Assembly: GCA_963803805.1 (NCBI GenBank)
Contig: CAWDOD010000004.1
Span: forward strand, 288,001-352,000
Direction of reading: 5' to 3'
DNA: 64,000 nucleotides
DNA from: an uncultured cyanobacterium
GTDB taxonomy: Bacteria > Cyanobacteriota > Cyanobacteriia > Cyanobacteriales > CAWCAG01
This document shows positions 61,980-64,000 of this stretch, piece after piece. The first letter of the stretch is position 1. The number at the start of each line of letters is the position of its first letter. The position numbers and the translations under genes are program-made. The notes under the pieces are model-generated. The model did not search any database. It saw only the letters and a list, made by a program, of their open reading frames with translations, and had not been told where the DNA came from.

Positions 61980-62144
61980 GGGAGCATCTCAGTTTTGCAG
62001 AAATAGTTTGTCTGTGAAGTTAGCTATTAGCTATTAGCTGTTAGCTGTTAGCTGTTAGCTTTAAGAATACATTTCTTGCTGCTTCAGTGAAGCTAATATC
62101 AAGTTGACGGCTAAAGCCTGTATTTACTAATTTGAGATGCTCCC
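61980..62144. mobile_element. 165-bp MITE with ISKra4-type ends and 8-bp target duplication
   Basis: TIRs GGGAGCATCTCA...TGAGATGCTCCC; GTTATCCT at 61972-61979 and 62145-62152; internal TTAGCT[AG] heptamers. Confidence 0.92.
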
Positions 62145-62277
62145 GTTATCCTTTCAGAGACGCTTCTCCTTCGGAGACGCTTCGCGAACGTGAACGCACT
62201 TATAGTTGCGGTTAGACTACGGGGAATAGTAAATACTTTACTTAATACTTATTACCTATCACTTATTACTTACCCCA

Positions 62278-64000
62278 ATGACTGATAATACAATAACAAC
62301 AAAAGTTAATCCTAAACAACTTAAATTCAAGCCGGGGGAACAGCCAGCTTATTTTGAAGTAGAGGTTATTAATGAAAGCGATCGCTTCGCTAGTTTTCAG
62401 TTAGAAGTAATTGCTGCCGGTGCAGGTAGTAATCAAAACTATGATTGGTACAATGTTTCTCCTGAAGTTAGTACTAAAAAACCCCCAGGAGATATTACTA
62501 GGTTTCATGTTGCTATTAAAGATTCTCCTGTACCAGGTTTTGTGGGGATGATGAACCTGACTGTACGGGCTTTTTCTATTGAGTTGCGAGATGAAGATAG
62601 AGAAATTCTGCGCTTAAATTTGGAACAAGGTAGAGGTTTAATTCCTTTACAATTAACCTTACCTGTTGATAATTTTCAAGAATATCCTGGCGCACAAATT
62701 AATATTCCCGTTAGAGTTTATAATCCTAGCCAATTACCTGCTGAGGCTTTTTTGAACCTTTTAGGATTAGAGCCGCAATGGTTAGTTAATGGGGTAGATC
62801 ATAACTTAGAAATTCCTCCAGGAAAGGAAGTAGAAACCACTTTAACTTGTCAGCTTCCTGAAGGGAAAGAAGCTGTTAGTAAAAACTACACCTTTACCAT
62901 TGATGCCACTCAACGCAATGGCCCTGCTTCACAAATAAGCGGTACATTAGAAGTCTTACCTTCCGGTTTTGTAGACTTTGCTGTTGATCCTCCCCGACAA
63001 GTCATCCCGACTAAAAAGTTTAGCTGGGCTTTTTGGCGTTCTCATCCTGTTAGTTATGAACTACAGTTTAAAAACGAAAGTAATGTTGAACAGGAAGTTG
63101 GCGTAGATATAGAAGTTGAAGATCCGGGTCAAAGTGAGTTTGAAATACTCCCTGAAAATGCGGAAATAAACCCTGGAGAAATAGGAGTTTTGTTACTCCA
63201 AGCTAATAGTAAGCGCCCTTGGTTATTTGCCAACAAAATATTATTACAAATCAACGCCCTTTGGTCAGATCGTCGCTTAGATACCCGCAACGAAACTCAG
63301 AATATCGAACTACTTGTTAAACCGATTGTACCTTTGTGGTTAAGGTTACTAGGACTATTTGGTTTACTTTTCCTTGCTTTCCAATTTTCTCCTTTTAATC
63401 CTAGCAATACTAAACATAAAGAAGCAGTTAACTCTGTACAATTAAATGGTGTCGGAGAACAAATAATTAGTAGTTCTCAAGACCAAAGAATTATTGCTTG
63501 GCGAGTTGATGGTTTTTCTTTTTGGCGACCTTTACTTAATCCTAAAATCGGAGTGGTGGGCAATGCAGAAAAAGAAGTTCGTGTAGCTACCTATCGACCT
63601 GTAAATAATAATTTAGTTGCTGCTGGATTAGAGAATGGCGAGATTCAAATTTGGAATCTTTTAGAAAATCGCCAACGACCTATAGAATCTTTTAGTGCGG
63701 AAAAAGATGACCGAGTTTTAGCTTTGGAATTTACTAATAACTCTCGCTTTTTGATTAGTGGTCATGGTAGCGGCAAGATTATTTTATGGGATTTAAAAAA
63801 GGAAGCAGATGAAGATATAACAACAAGAAACCCTTTACCTTTATATGATTTTAATTCTACTGTAGAATCCCTTAAATTTGCTGGAGAAGATGACAGCAAC
63901 TTGTTAATTGCCGGAAGATATAACAAATTTAGCCGTCTCAACTTAAGCGAAAAAAAAGTAGCAGAAATAAATAACTATCCTCAAGGGGGTAAAGATAATT
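62278..64000 (+). CDS. CIS-associated protein: Ig-like N-terminal domains, TM helix, WD40 repeats (runs off the window; absent from the ORF track)
   Basis: My translation from ATG 62278: MTDNTITTKVNP...VINESDRFASFQLE..., TM PLWLRLLGLFGLLFLAF, then IISSSQDQRIIAW, AAGLENGEIQIW, ISGHGSGKIILWD. Confidence 0.85.
   Translation, partial: MTDNTITTKVNPKQLKFKPGEQPAYFEVEVINESDRFASFQLEVIAAGAGSNQNYDWYNVSPEVSTKKPPGDITRFHVAIKDSPVPGFVGMMNLTVRAFSIELRDEDREILRLNLEQGRGLIPLQLTLPVDNFQEYPGAQINIPVRVYNPSQLPAEAFLNLLGLEPQWLVNGVDHNLEIPPGKEVETTLTCQLPEGKEAVSKNYTFTIDATQRNGPASQISGTLEVLPSGFVDFAVDPPRQVIPTKKFSWAFWRSHPVSYELQFKNESNVEQEVGVDIEVEDPGQSEFEILPENAEINPGEIGVLLLQANSKRPWLFANKILLQINALWSDRRLDTRNETQNIELLVKPIVPLWLRLLGLFGLLFLAFQFSPFNPSNTKHKEAVNSVQLNGVGEQIISSSQDQRIIAWRVDGFSFWRPLLNPKIGVVGNAEKEVRVATYRPVNNNLVAAGLENGEIQIWNLLENRQRPIESFSAEKDDRVLALEFTNNSRFLISGHGSGKIILWDLKKEADEDITTRNPLPLYDFNSTVESLKFAGEDDSNLLIAGRYNKFSRLNLSEKKVAEINNYPQGGKDN

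Overview
Cyanobacterial chromosomal DNA, judged from the abundant HIP1 octamer GCGATCGC, heptamer tandem repeats, pds-crtB, XisH/XisI and cyanobacterial-type ribosomal genes. The left part is core genome: glpD (partial), glpK, glyS, rplS-tRNA-Trp-secE-nusG-rplK-rplA-rplJ-rplL, a dead VapBC pair, a Fic protein, DUF58, a glycosyltransferase, moaD and an HtrA protease. A roughly 30 kb accessory island (about 16.98-47.27 kb) is bracketed by the N- and C-terminal remnants of what looks like one broken Ser/Thr kinase gene. The island holds four blocks. (i) The best candidate for an undescribed system: a minus-strand operon of a Glu-rich-leader precursor, a signal-less S8 subtilase whose pro-peptide appears to end in Glu, a PrcB-C domain protein, and an HNH/EndoVII-type nuclease with a homologous Glu-rich leader. 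(ii) A divergent C39-like peptidase, a caspase-alpha/beta-hydrolase and two tandem caspase-STAND-WD40 paralogues, the second with three frameshifts. (iii) An HTH-NB-ARC-WD40 gene divergent from an AraC regulator, then XisH/XisI. (iv) Plasmid-like relics ending in an ISKra4 remnant. The right part has crtB-pds, an ABC substrate-binding protein, a mini-IS5, a deletion-fused P450/Rieske-oxygenase relic and the baseplate half of a contractile injection system cluster, interrupted by pseudogenes and an ISKra4-type MITE. All calls come from reading motifs by eye; no database search was run.
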